Source of the DNA: Candidatus Hydrogenedentota bacterium
Lineage (GTDB): Bacteria; Hydrogenedentota; Hydrogenedentia; Hydrogenedentales; Hydrogenedentaceae
DNA: 64,000 nucleotides
Assembly (NCBI GenBank): GCA_026415215.1
Contig: JAOAHN010000026.1
Location: forward strand, 9,326 to 73,325
Direction of reading: 5' to 3'
Under the pieces are notes generated by a model. That model saw only the letters and a program-made list of their open reading frames with translations. It ran no database searches and had not been told where the DNA came from. Below are positions 1-9,764 of this stretch, in pieces. Numbering within the stretch: the stretch's first letter is position 1; each line of letters opens with the position of its first letter. The position numbers and the translations under genes were made by a program.

Positions 1-1265
1 GCTACACTTATTATTGTTGCGGTAAATCTGTCCATTCTCATTCGAGATAACTCCTGGAGTTGATACCTTGCCAATCTTGTGGCTGTGTCAAGTGTTGTAA
101 GAATAAATGAGTTAACAGCAAGCAGTCCCATCGATTTCCCTAAATCTGGGTTTATATTGAGTAGCCCCGCAAACTTAGCGAAGCCCTCACCAAACACTAC
201 TAAAGGTCCTTCTTTAGGAACCGACCCAGCAAGCATGACACAGCTCAAGGCTACTATAGCTACAAAACCCTCCAATAGCATTCCCCCATACCCAATAACC
301 TTTGCATCAGTCTCACAACGAAGTTGTTTTGAGGTAGTCCCACTCGCCACCATACAGTGAAAACCTGAGACTGCTCCACAAGCAACCGTGACGAAGAGAA
401 CAGGCCACAAATATGTAAGTTTGTCAGGAAAGAATGTAGTAAACACAGGAAGTTTCACTTCGAAAGAAGCACCTCCCAAGAGTATCCCAATAGCTCCAAC
501 GATTACTGAAAAATACAAAAGGAAGGACGCAAGATAATCCCTCGGTTGGAGTAGAAGCCAAACAGGCAGTACTGAAGCCAGAAGGATATAGATACTCAAA
601 ATAATCCTCCAACTCTCCATAGACAGACTAAAACTTCTCTGGATAATTTCATTCTTACCAAAATAGACGGCAAGAAGAACTATAGGTATCGCTACTAATG
701 AAGAATACAGCAAAGAAAACTGAAATCTGTAAACCACCAATCCGAAAATTAAAGCAAGAAAAATGTAAAGTGTACCTGAAAAGGCAACTGCAGAGTCCTG
801 AGCAAAAGTATCAGCCGACAATTGTAAAAATACTGCGATAACTAAAATTAAAGCTAACCAGGTAAAACATAAGAATAGAATCTTAGCTCGTTCACTCACC
901 CAATTCCCTACAACTTCACCGATTGAAAGCCCTTTATGCCTTACCGAAGCCACGATCGAGCCAAAATCATGAACACCTCCTGCAAACACAGAGCCCACCA
1001 CAACCCATAAATATACTGGTAGCCATCCAAACAGTCCCCCTGCTGCTATCGGTCCAACTATAGGACCCGCACCCGCTATAGATGCAAAGTGATGCCCTAA
1101 TAACACCGCAGGGTGTGCAGGGCAATAGTCTATTCCGTCATAGAGCTCTTCAGCAGGAGTTTTGGCCCTCTTATCAAGGTTAAACTTCTTGCTTAAATAA
1201 CCACCATAGGTAAAATATGCTATCAAAAATACTATCCCGGCTATTAATGTAATTGCTAAAATCAT
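1..1265 (-). CDS. cstA: Carbon starvation protein A family peptide/pyruvate transporter (3' end runs off the window)
   Basis: Absent from the ORF track. Hand translation from ATG at 1265 gives MILAITLIAGIVFLIAYFTYGGYLSKKF...HHFASIAGAGPIVGPI...GGVHDFGS...SVLPVWLLLQPRDYL, the hallmark CstA motifs. Frame checked open to about nt 480. GAGGG RBS-like sequence upstream. Confidence 0.93.
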   Translation of the reverse strand, partial: MILAITLIAGIVFLIAYFTYGGYLSKKFNLDKRAKTPAEELYDGIDYCPAHPAVLLGHHFASIAGAGPIVGPIAAGGLFGWLPVYLWVVVGSVFAGGVHDFGSIVASVRHKGLSIGEVVGNWVSERAKILFLCFTWLALILVIAVFLQLSADTFAQDSAVAFSGTLYIFLALIFGLVVYRFQFSLLYSSLVAIPIVLLAVYFGKNEIIQRSFSLSMESWRIILSIYILLASVLPVWLLLQPRDYLASFLLYFSVIVGAIGILLGGASFEVKLPVFTTFFPDKLTYLWPVLFVTVACGAVSGFHCMVASGTTSKQLRCETDAKVIGYGGMLLEGFVAIVALSCVMLAGSVPKEGPLVVFGEGFAKFAGLLNINPDLGKSMGLLAVNSFILTTLDTATRLARYQLQELSRMRMDRFTATIISV

Positions 1266-1340
1266 ACTTGCTAACCCTCTTTTTAGACAGGATTTATATC
1301 GCCATAGCATCAGTAATTATAAATTATACATCCACTCTAT

Positions 1341-1370
1341 ATATAACAGAATATAACAGACAGATATAAC
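1341..1370 (-). promoter_or_regulatory. 10-bp direct repeat (ATATAACAGA x2 plus a partial third copy) in the cstA / carbonic anhydrase divergent promoter region
   Basis: Sequence atataacaga-atataacaga-cagatataac. On the minus strand it overlaps the expected -35 position of a TATAAT at 1323-1328. Confidence 0.45.
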
Positions 1371-1448
1371 TATAAAATCTGCTCACCTCAGAAATAATTT
1401 ATTCTCACGCTTTGTTAATTTACTGAAAATAAATAGGAGGCTTTCAAA

Positions 1449-2027
1449 ATGAGCAATACATTAAAAGAAGTTCTTGCATCAAATAAAAAATATTCAGAAA
1501 ATTTTACTAAGGGGTCACTTTCTTTACCTCCTGCGAGAAAGTTTGCAATCCTAACTTGCATGGATGCAAGACTTGATCCTGCTAAATTCGCTGGACTAAA
1601 CGAAGGAGATGCACATGTGATAAGAAATGCAGGTGGTCGTGCAAGTGACGACGCAATAAGGTCTCTCGTTATATCTCATAAATTACTTGGAACTCAGGAA
1701 TGGTTTGTCATCCATCACACTGATTGTGGTATGCAACTATTTACGAACGAGATAATGGGTAATCTACTGTTTGAGACACTCGATACATCTGAGTTTGACG
1801 GTAAAAACTGGAGAAATCCCAACGCTAAAGGTGGTTCCATCGAAGGTAAATTTATCAACTGGCTTACATTTGCTAATCTTGAGCAGAGCGTAGTAGATGA
1901 TGTATCAAGACTGAGGTATCACCCGTTAGTACCACCTTACATCCCAATTTATGGCTTTATATATGATGTTAGAACAGGTAAACTAATTGAAGTTCCCAAA
2001 GCAATGGAAATCGGTAAACCCCGCTAA
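1449..2027 (+). CDS. Beta-class carbonic anhydrase
   Basis: Zn-ligand motifs [15 protein letters not shown] and HHTDCG; GFIYDVRTG near the C-terminus; AGGAGG RBS. Confidence 0.93.
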   Translation: MSNTLKEVLASNKKYSENFTKGSLSLPPARKFAILTCMDARLDPAKFAGLNEGDAHVIRNAGGRASDDAIRSLVISHKLLGTQEWFVIHHTDCGMQLFTNEIMGNLLFETLDTSEFDGKNWRNPNAKGGSIEGKFINWLTFANLEQSVVDDVSRLRYHPLVPPYIPIYGFIYDVRTGKLIEVPKAMEIGKPR

Positions 2028-2177
2028 ATTTATCAATTACATCTACATCCTAATTTCATCCTTCAAATTAATTCCATCCCTCAGAAAGGGAAGCAGTTAA
2101 TTTTCTATTTATTTCTGAATTGCCCTCCGATGTATAATTTATTACCATATAATTCTTAACTTTGGAGGGTAAAGGCG

Positions 2178-2768
2178 GTGAGCAACTTATTTACAATTAA
2201 GGAAGAGTTAATAGAGCTGAAAGGAAATACTTCTTCTTTAATAGTAGTGGATATGCAGAACGACTTTGCTCATCCTAATGGAGTTTTATTTTGCCCAAAC
2301 TCTACAACAATTATTCAGCCGATAAAAAATCTACTGATTAAAGCAAGGGAGAAGAATGCTAAGATAATTTACACAAAGGATACCCATTATCAAGATGACC
2401 CTGTAGAGTTCCCAATATGGGGGAAACATGTTATTAAAGGTGAGTGGGGATGGGAAATTATAGATGAACTCAAACCCGAAACAAATGACATGATAATAGA
2501 AAAACTCAGATATGACGCATTTTTTGGTACACCACTGGACCATGTTCTTAGAACACATGGAATTAAAAATCTCGTAATTACTGGAACTGTAGCAAACATT
2601 TGTGTGCTCCATACAGTATCCAGTGCAAAACTACATAACTACAATGTAATAGTACCCGTAGATGCTATATCAGCCATAACAGATTTTGACTACCAGCTAT
2701 CTTTACGCCAAATGGATTTTCTCTACAAGGTATTACTGACAAAAGAAAAATTTGTAATCTTTGATTGA
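2178..2768 (+). CDS. Isochorismatase/nicotinamidase-family cysteine hydrolase
   Basis: VVDMQNDF, EKLRYDAF and TGTVANICV (Asp-Lys-Cys triad); GTG start with GGAGG upstream. Confidence 0.88.
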   Translation: MSNLFTIKEELIELKGNTSSLIVVDMQNDFAHPNGVLFCPNSTTIIQPIKNLLIKAREKNAKIIYTKDTHYQDDPVEFPIWGKHVIKGEWGWEIIDELKPETNDMIIEKLRYDAFFGTPLDHVLRTHGIKNLVITGTVANICVLHTVSSAKLHNYNVIVPVDAISAITDFDYQLSLRQMDFLYKVLLTKEKFVIFD

Positions 2769-2812
2769 CATAGACAAAAATAAAGAAAAACGAATCAGGA
2801 CTTAATAATTCT

Positions 2813-3892
2813 ATGAATGAATCAACACCATTCAACCAAAATGATACATTTGAGTTATTTATTATCTTTTCGATTATTAGCTTTGTAATTTCGCTTCCTT
2901 TTATAGGTGGTTGTCTAAAGCCTATGGAGGTTACACCAAAGACTCTCCACTTCAGCGAGGGAGAAGACTTGAAATTCATTGAGATCTACCAAAAACCACT
3001 CTATGACCGTAAAATCGCATTTTCTGTGAAAACTAGCACTCCTTGGATTGAACTAACACCTACCGAGGGAATCTTAGGAAAAGATGACAGAGTAAAAGTT
3101 CAAGTTTACCTAAATAGAAACTTCCCACAAATCAAGAAAGATGAATACCCAACTTATGCCACTGCTGAAATAGTAGTATCTTCATATTTCCAAAATGAAA
3201 AGGTAATTGCAACCACCGCTCCCAATTACTATACTGAGATATTTGAAGGAGATGTAGACCTTTCAAACAAATCCCTTATATTTTCTCCTAACAAGAGCAT
3301 AAGCTTTTACGGACTAGATGTAAAAGAGATTACTGAGTTCCCAAATGAATTTTCCGAAGAAGAAAGAATATCCTTCACTCAAGAGAATATATATGAGTAT
3401 ACCCTTGAAGAGACACAAACCATAAATTTTTATGACAAAGGATACAAAAAACTATACATATCAGGCTACGGGTGGATAGGTATCGGTGAACCTAAAAAAT
3501 CCCCTCAACCCACTGAAGTACTGATTCCTTGTGGCGCCAATTCGAAAGTTCTACAAAATACCCGTAATAAAAATGCAGAGACCTGGGATAGAATGATTTC
3601 CTACCACTTTTCTACTCCTAACATAACAGCGTTTCCCGTGGATGTTTCTAAAGGAGGGAAAGTATATCTAAGAAAACAACAGAATAAAATCGTTATTACA
3701 TATTTAGAAGTGCCCACATCAGCAGACCCACAAAAAAATAACAGTTTTCAGGTAGAGATATACTTTATGGGAAAAATTACGCTTAATTATCTCACTGTAG
3801 ATTCAAGTGCAATCGGCATTGTAGGTTTATCTTATGGCACAGGTAAATTAATAGTTCCAGGGGGATTTGTAGAGTCAGACCTCGTCCAGTAA
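2813..3892 (+). CDS. Putative lipoprotein with BACON-like and nidogen(NIDO)-like beta domains
   Basis: Hydrophobic N-terminus ending FIGGC (lipobox-like). SVKTSTPWIELTPTEG resembles a BACON repeat. ISGYGWIGIG...VITYLEVP...NSFQVEIY...ITLNY resembles NIDO-type domains. Confidence 0.45.
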   Translation: MNESTPFNQNDTFELFIIFSIISFVISLPFIGGCLKPMEVTPKTLHFSEGEDLKFIEIYQKPLYDRKIAFSVKTSTPWIELTPTEGILGKDDRVKVQVYLNRNFPQIKKDEYPTYATAEIVVSSYFQNEKVIATTAPNYYTEIFEGDVDLSNKSLIFSPNKSISFYGLDVKEITEFPNEFSEEERISFTQENIYEYTLEETQTINFYDKGYKKLYISGYGWIGIGEPKKSPQPTEVLIPCGANSKVLQNTRNKNAETWDRMISYHFSTPNITAFPVDVSKGGKVYLRKQQNKIVITYLEVPTSADPQKNNSFQVEIYFMGKITLNYLTVDSSAIGIVGLSYGTGKLIVPGGFVESDLVQ

Positions 3893-3923
3893 AAGGGCTG
3901 TAAATTCAACATACGCAAAGAAA

Positions 3924-6440
3924 ATGTCATCAACGGAAAATAAAGCTCATAGAAAAACACTATCTTGGATATTTTTAATAATTATCCTAATCGTAGGTCT
4001 ATCCTTAAGAATAGCCTACCTTCATGAAATCTCGAAAGAACCGTGGTTTCAGTGCCCATTGTATGACCCATTATATAACCACTACTGGGCAAAAGGAATT
4101 GCCACTGGAGACTGGGATCTGCCCGCTACAGTCAACGATCCCGAAATAAGATATACACCACACGGTAGACCTCCCGGATATCCATATATTTTAGCAGTAA
4201 CATATTTTGTATTCGGCGTTAACCCTATCACACCGAGAATCATTCAGTATATATTAGGCTTAATAAACATTCTCCTCATATGGTGGATACTTCATAAATA
4301 TTTAAAAAATAGAGTAATAGCAATTCTGGGGACTTTTGTATTCGCCACCTATTGGGGAAATATATACTTTGAATCTCTACTCAGCTACCCTGTATATGTA
4401 ATCTTCTTTATCTTAATATGGTTAATCCTGCTCTTAAAATGGAGAGAAAAAAGTTACGACATATTATATCTTTCTTTCTCTGGGATAGTTTTGGGAATTA
4501 TCATTCTGTTCAGACCTAATGCAATTCTACTTGTATCGCTATATTACATCTTGCTTGCAAAAGAGAAAACGGCAAAGAAAATTAAGAAAATAATCGCTAC
4601 TTCATTCCTACTGTTATGTTGTATTTCCCTTCCCTTAATACCCAGCTTCATAAGAAACTACATAGTCGCACAAGATTTTGTTTTTGTATCTTCATACGGC
4701 GGACTTAACTTCTATGTAGGCAATCATCCCGACTCTAACGGTGCTGAACCTCGCATACCCGAACTTCAGAGATGGATAGGAACTACCGAGTGGTCGTGTT
4801 TCGACTATCCATCAATAGTAAGGGGATTAGCAAAAGACCTCGGAAAAGATTACATCTCTTTCTCCGAAGCTAATAGATTCTTCTACCGAAAATCTATTTC
4901 AAATATCGTCTCTAATCCTAAAAGTTGGCTAAAGCTTACACTGAAAAAAGTCCTCCTTTTTTGGGGACCAATAGAAATAACCAATGATACTGTTCCTGAA
5001 TTAGACAGAGAAAATTCAAAAATCCTTTCAAAACTTCCAAAGTTCTCCATTTTTTCCTCAATCTTTTTTGCTTCTATTGTTTACATTCTATTTTCAGTTA
5101 TTCTCAAAAGGAATTTCTCAGCTCAACTACCATTTATAGTAAGCCTATCTGTTTTAGTAACAATCACCTATTTTTTATCGGTATTGCCATTTTTTGTAGC
5201 GGGAAGGTATAGAATGCCTATAATTCCTTTCATATTAATTGTGGACTTATGGTTCATTTCCGAACTATGGAGAAATTTATCTGAAAAGCGGATAAGTTCC
5301 ATAACGATTCAATCCGCACTATTAATTGTTTCCGCTTTAATAACAAATATCAACTTTACAGGCTATCAACCTTCAAAATCAGTATGGCATTTCCGCCAAG
5401 GAACTTCTGCTTTGCTATGTCAAAACTACAATCGCGCAGTGGAAGAATTCAAAATGTCATTAAAATACGACCCGGAGAATATCTTCGCAAAGATAAATTA
5501 TGCAATAGCCACGGAAAAAATTGGGAGACCTACAGAGGCAATATTTATTCTAACAGATAACTTCCAGAGGAAACTGAACACTTCAGAAGAGTTAAACGCA
5601 CTGGGATATCTGTTTGAACGAATCGGGGACATCAGCAAAGCACAAAAGTATTATGCTAACGCAATTGTGAATAACTTTCACTACACTTTAGCCCATTCTA
5701 ATATAGCGAGGATCTTCGCATTGAAACACGATTACATTGATGCCAGAAGACATCTTGAGATAGTGGTATCTCACCAACCTTATAATTTCTATGCCCATTT
5801 TCAACTTGCGAAACTTTACGAATCATTATCAGATTACAATTCAGCTATCAAACATTACAAAATATGTTTGAAAATAAACCCTACTTCAGAAGTGTGTTGG
5901 AATAATATAGGGTGGATCTATGCGGAACTCGGTAACTACACTTCTGCATTAACCGCTTATATAGAATCTATACGACTAAATCCGAATTATTCGCTTGCTT
6001 ACATTAACTTAGCAAACTTACACATAAAAATGGGCAATCCTCAAAAAGCAGAGACTACATTAAAAAATCTGTTATCCCGGGAAACTTACAACTGCGAAGC
6101 ATTAGTACTACTTAGCAACTTATACTTATTTAAAGGAGATTTAGTAAAATCATATCTTACACTTACTAATGCATTGCCATTCTGTGGTGAACATCCGAAA
6201 GTATTGAATAACTTAGGCACAATACTATGGAGGTATTACGAGAATCCCGATGCTCTGGTAATGTGGCTAAATTCAATTGCTATAGACCCAAAAATTATAG
6301 AAGCATATACTAACCTTGCTGACTTTTATGAATTTTATGGAGACTGTAAAACTGCAATAGAATACTTGTTATTAGGCTTAATAAAATCCAACGACATTTC
6401 TTTTCAATCAATATTAAATGGTTTTCTATGTTATGAATGA
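3924..6440 (+). CDS. GT-C fold (ArnT/PMT-like, GT39/83) membrane glycosyltransferase with C-terminal TPR array
   Basis: Multi-TM N-terminal half with PPGYPY, GRYRMP and NFYVGN motifs; C-terminal TPR repeats (e.g. CWNNIGWIY, AYINLANL, VLNNLG). Confidence 0.8.
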   Translation: MSSTENKAHRKTLSWIFLIIILIVGLSLRIAYLHEISKEPWFQCPLYDPLYNHYWAKGIATGDWDLPATVNDPEIRYTPHGRPPGYPYILAVTYFVFGVNPITPRIIQYILGLINILLIWWILHKYLKNRVIAILGTFVFATYWGNIYFESLLSYPVYVIFFILIWLILLLKWREKSYDILYLSFSGIVLGIIILFRPNAILLVSLYYILLAKEKTAKKIKKIIATSFLLLCCISLPLIPSFIRNYIVAQDFVFVSSYGGLNFYVGNHPDSNGAEPRIPELQRWIGTTEWSCFDYPSIVRGLAKDLGKDYISFSEANRFFYRKSISNIVSNPKSWLKLTLKKVLLFWGPIEITNDTVPELDRENSKILSKLPKFSIFSSIFFASIVYILFSVILKRNFSAQLPFIVSLSVLVTITYFLSVLPFFVAGRYRMPIIPFILIVDLWFISELWRNLSEKRISSITIQSALLIVSALITNINFTGYQPSKSVWHFRQGTSALLCQNYNRAVEEFKMSLKYDPENIFAKINYAIATEKIGRPTEAIFILTDNFQRKLNTSEELNALGYLFERIGDISKAQKYYANAIVNNFHYTLAHSNIARIFALKHDYIDARRHLEIVVSHQPYNFYAHFQLAKLYESLSDYNSAIKHYKICLKINPTSEVCWNNIGWIYAELGNYTSALTAYIESIRLNPNYSLAYINLANLHIKMGNPQKAETTLKNLLSRETYNCEALVLLSNLYLFKGDLVKSYLTLTNALPFCGEHPKVLNNLGTILWRYYENPDALVMWLNSIAIDPKIIEAYTNLADFYEFYGDCKTAIEYLLLGLIKSNDISFQSILNGFLCYE

Positions 6441-6527
6441 ATTTTCAAATTGAGAACTAACAAAAGCCAAATTATATAATCAACATTTGCAAAGTTATTT
6501 ATAACTCAAATTTAGGAGTAGTAGAGT

Positions 6528-8711
6528 ATGGGTATAAAAGAACACCAAGAGAGTAGAAGATGGGCTTTCGAAGCATTAGACTCCCTTAATAAATTCACTG
6601 ACGACCCAGAATTTGAAGGAGAACTGGAAACAATAAAAAATCAGATTTATGCCAAAAAGAACGAACTCAGGGACGGTAAATACAGAGTAGTATTTTTGGG
6701 TGAATTTAATGTAGGCAAGACTACACTTATAAATGCTTTTCTTACCGATACATACCTTCCTATGGTATTAGAGGAGTGTACCGCAAAAGTTACTCATGTA
6801 CTAAAAGGCAACTCTATGCAGTTAATTCTGCGCTCTCAAAAACCTATACACCCTGAGAAAATTCAAGTATTGAAGGAATTTCTCAACTATGCAGGGATAG
6901 AAGCTAACATAGAGCCAGATTCATCCCATAACTACTGGGTTATTAAATACCAGCACAACTATCCAGAGGACCTTAATCGAACCCTTAATGCAATAGTTAC
7001 ACTCTCTGCGGACGAAGAATTCCCAAAGTTAAAAGCGCTAAGGGAAGAGGTAGAAGAGGTAATCGTTCTTGTGCCAGAAGCGGGGATAGAAGAAGATGTA
7101 GCGTTCGTTGACTCGCCCGGAGTGCATAGCATTACTGAGACACACAGAAAAATTACTGAGGATATAATCCCAAATTGCCACCTCGTAGTATGTCTACTGG
7201 ACAGCCAAAACGCCGGGAATGAACATAACAGAGATTTCATAATAAAATTAGTGAAAGAAAGACAAAGAAAAGTATTCTTCGTAATTAACAAATGTGATCA
7301 GCTTAATCCAGATGAGATAGACCCTGAGTTTAGAAGAGGTCCAGCCAAGGACTTATTCAGATGTATAGATGGAATAGTAGAAAATCCTGAGATATTTTTC
7401 GTCTCCGCTCTATATGCACTCTCTGCAAATCAATTGAGAAAAGGTTCCATCACAATCCAAGACTTGGACAAAAATGAAAAAATCCATATCCCATATACAC
7501 TGAGATTACAAATTGAAAACTCTTCAAACCCTGCAGAAGCAATCGCAGATTACCTTATCCAACGAAGTAAATTCTATGAATTTAAAGAAAGACTTTTCGA
7601 CTACCTATACCATGAAAATAGGGAAGGAGCTGTATTATCTTCAGTTTCCAGATTCATCAAAGACACAGCACTCAAGTTCGCAAAACCAATAGAGGTAAAA
7701 ATAAAACTGGCACAACAAAACCCTAAACTTGAGAGATTAAAAAAAGAGAGGAAAAGACTCCAAGATCTAATAGACGAGTACTCCAGGTTCCTGAACGATC
7801 TCTTGGATAAACTTAACAAAATTACGGGTGGTGGGGAAGTAGCCGGAGAAAAGTATGATTCTTATGACAGTATTATTGAGAAATGCTTTTCAAGACAGGC
7901 AATCGAAAATGAAATATTTAAACCTATAAGAGAATGGTTATGCACCGGGGATAATCTTAAAATTGCTCGCAAGAATAAATACCTTCCCCTTCAAGAACAG
8001 TTCGGAATCACCCTTGACAAATTCCTACAGAAGGTGGATGCTGAAATAAACAGTATCCTTGAGAAAAACGAATCATATATCATTCGAGAAATCAATTCTC
8101 GAGGATTTAACTTCTCTTTCAAAGACTTACCCAAGGTATCACTAACAAGGGGTGCAATTGTAGCAATAGATGCAAGCTTGGCTCTTTCATACTTCCTATT
8201 CTTTATAATAGGAGGTATATTAGGTGGGCTTACAGGTGCCATTATTGGCGAGGGTTTTCTAAGTTCTTTTTCGTGGGCAGATTTCCTGAACATGGCAGTT
8301 CCGGATTATTCCCATCTCTCCGCTGTAATATTGGGGATCTTAGGGTCAATTTCAGGTGCTATCATAGGCATCTCTTCCAGAGCACTCGGAGGAGATGAAA
8401 TCAGAAGAGAAAAACTCCTTGAAAAAATAAGCGCATATATAGAAGAAATCCTTATAAAAGGTCTCAAGGAAAACCTAAAAGAAACTTTGCAAAGGCACAA
8501 AGAAGAGGTAGCTTTACAAATCAAGAAACATTTTGACGAAATTAACATTAACCTTCACCAGCAAATCCAGAAAATTTTGGCAGAGGAAGAACATTTAGAA
8601 CAAATACAGAAAGAAACAATTACAAGGTTAGAAACCAAACTTAATAGTCTACTCAATATTGCAAACAAAGCAACTGAGATTATGGAATCTACTTTTAGAA
8701 TCCCATCATAA
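6528..8711 (+). CDS. Bacterial dynamin-like GTPase (BDLP)
   Basis: G1 GEFNVGKT, G2 ECTA, G3 DSPG and G4 NKCD; long helical stalk; Gly-rich hydrophobic hairpin near residues 555-620. Confidence 0.85.
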   Translation: MGIKEHQESRRWAFEALDSLNKFTDDPEFEGELETIKNQIYAKKNELRDGKYRVVFLGEFNVGKTTLINAFLTDTYLPMVLEECTAKVTHVLKGNSMQLILRSQKPIHPEKIQVLKEFLNYAGIEANIEPDSSHNYWVIKYQHNYPEDLNRTLNAIVTLSADEEFPKLKALREEVEEVIVLVPEAGIEEDVAFVDSPGVHSITETHRKITEDIIPNCHLVVCLLDSQNAGNEHNRDFIIKLVKERQRKVFFVINKCDQLNPDEIDPEFRRGPAKDLFRCIDGIVENPEIFFVSALYALSANQLRKGSITIQDLDKNEKIHIPYTLRLQIENSSNPAEAIADYLIQRSKFYEFKERLFDYLYHENREGAVLSSVSRFIKDTALKFAKPIEVKIKLAQQNPKLERLKKERKRLQDLIDEYSRFLNDLLDKLNKITGGGEVAGEKYDSYDSIIEKCFSRQAIENEIFKPIREWLCTGDNLKIARKNKYLPLQEQFGITLDKFLQKVDAEINSILEKNESYIIREINSRGFNFSFKDLPKVSLTRGAIVAIDASLALSYFLFFIIGGILGGLTGAIIGEGFLSSFSWADFLNMAVPDYSHLSAVILGILGSISGAIIGISSRALGGDEIRREKLLEKISAYIEEILIKGLKENLKETLQRHKEEVALQIKKHFDEININLHQQIQKILAEEEHLEQIQKETITRLETKLNSLLNIANKATEIMESTFRIPS

Positions 8712-8723
8712 AAAGGCATAAAT

Positions 8724-9725
8724 ATGCTATATAATTACCTTGGAAATTCAGAGATCAGGGTTTCAGCAATCTCTTTCGGAGCTTGGCAAATTGGTGACCC
8801 ATCTTTTTGGGGAGAAAATGATGAAAAAGAAGCTGAAAAAGCGGTAAAGTTCGCTATAGATATGGGTGTAAATTTATTCGATACCGCTGAAATGTACGGT
8901 TCGGGAGAATCGGAGAAAAAATTAGGAAAATTCATAGGAAGAGAAAACAGAGAAAAGATATTAATAGCAACAAAAGTAAGTCCACAAAACTGCGAACCAT
9001 CTAAGTTAAAAAACTCCTGCGAAGAAAGTCTTAGAAGGCTTGGCACAGACTATATAGATATATATCAAGTTCACTGGCCCCCGAGAGAAGTCGCTTTTGC
9101 AGATGTTTACTTAGTAATGGAAAAACTTCAGAAAGAAGGTAAAATTCGGTATATAGGGCTATCTAATTTCGGGCAAGAGGATCTTCGAGAATGGATTGAA
9201 TCGGGTGGGAAAGCAGTATCTAACCAAATTGGTTACAATCTACTATTCCGTTCCCCAGAGTATAAAATTATACCAAGCTGTATAAAGCACAAAATTGGTA
9301 TCTTGGTATACATGCCACTTATGCAAGGACTACTAACTGGGAAATGGGAAAAAATCGAAGATATTCCAATGCTTAGGAGAAGAACAAGACATTTTTCTAA
9401 AATTAGGCCTGGAACACGCCACGGCGAAAGCGGTTGTGAAATGTTAACAATGGAAACTGTCCAAGCAATCAAAGCCCTGTCAGAGCACCTTGAAATTCCT
9501 ATGTCTACCTTAAGCATCGCATGGCTTATATGGCAAAGGGGAATTTCATCTATTATAGTGGGATGTAGATCAATAGAACAGCTTAAAAACAACATCGACT
9601 CTGTAGAAATGAAGTTAGACCCAGAAATACTCGCTCTACTTAATGAAATTACCTATCCACTAAAAAAATATATGGGGGAAAACTCTGATATGTGGGAAAA
9701 TGAAAAAAACTCAAGAATCAGATAA
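8724..9725 (+). CDS. Aldo/keto reductase
   Basis: FDTAEMYG, IATKV, DIYQVHWP, IGLSNF and PLMQGLLTGK motifs. Confidence 0.92.
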   Translation: MLYNYLGNSEIRVSAISFGAWQIGDPSFWGENDEKEAEKAVKFAIDMGVNLFDTAEMYGSGESEKKLGKFIGRENREKILIATKVSPQNCEPSKLKNSCEESLRRLGTDYIDIYQVHWPPREVAFADVYLVMEKLQKEGKIRYIGLSNFGQEDLREWIESGGKAVSNQIGYNLLFRSPEYKIIPSCIKHKIGILVYMPLMQGLLTGKWEKIEDIPMLRRRTRHFSKIRPGTRHGESGCEMLTMETVQAIKALSEHLEIPMSTLSIAWLIWQRGISSIIVGCRSIEQLKNNIDSVEMKLDPEILALLNEITYPLKKYMGENSDMWENEKNSRIR

Positions 9726-9764
9726 TAAACACTTGACGAAGTTCTTTTGCTTTTTCAAAAAATG

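Noticed and set aside
424-612. Short minus-strand ORF that might be a frameshifted cstA fragment
   Set aside because: Hand translation shows the cstA frame (ATG 1265) is continuous through this region in a different frame, so this is a shadow ORF.
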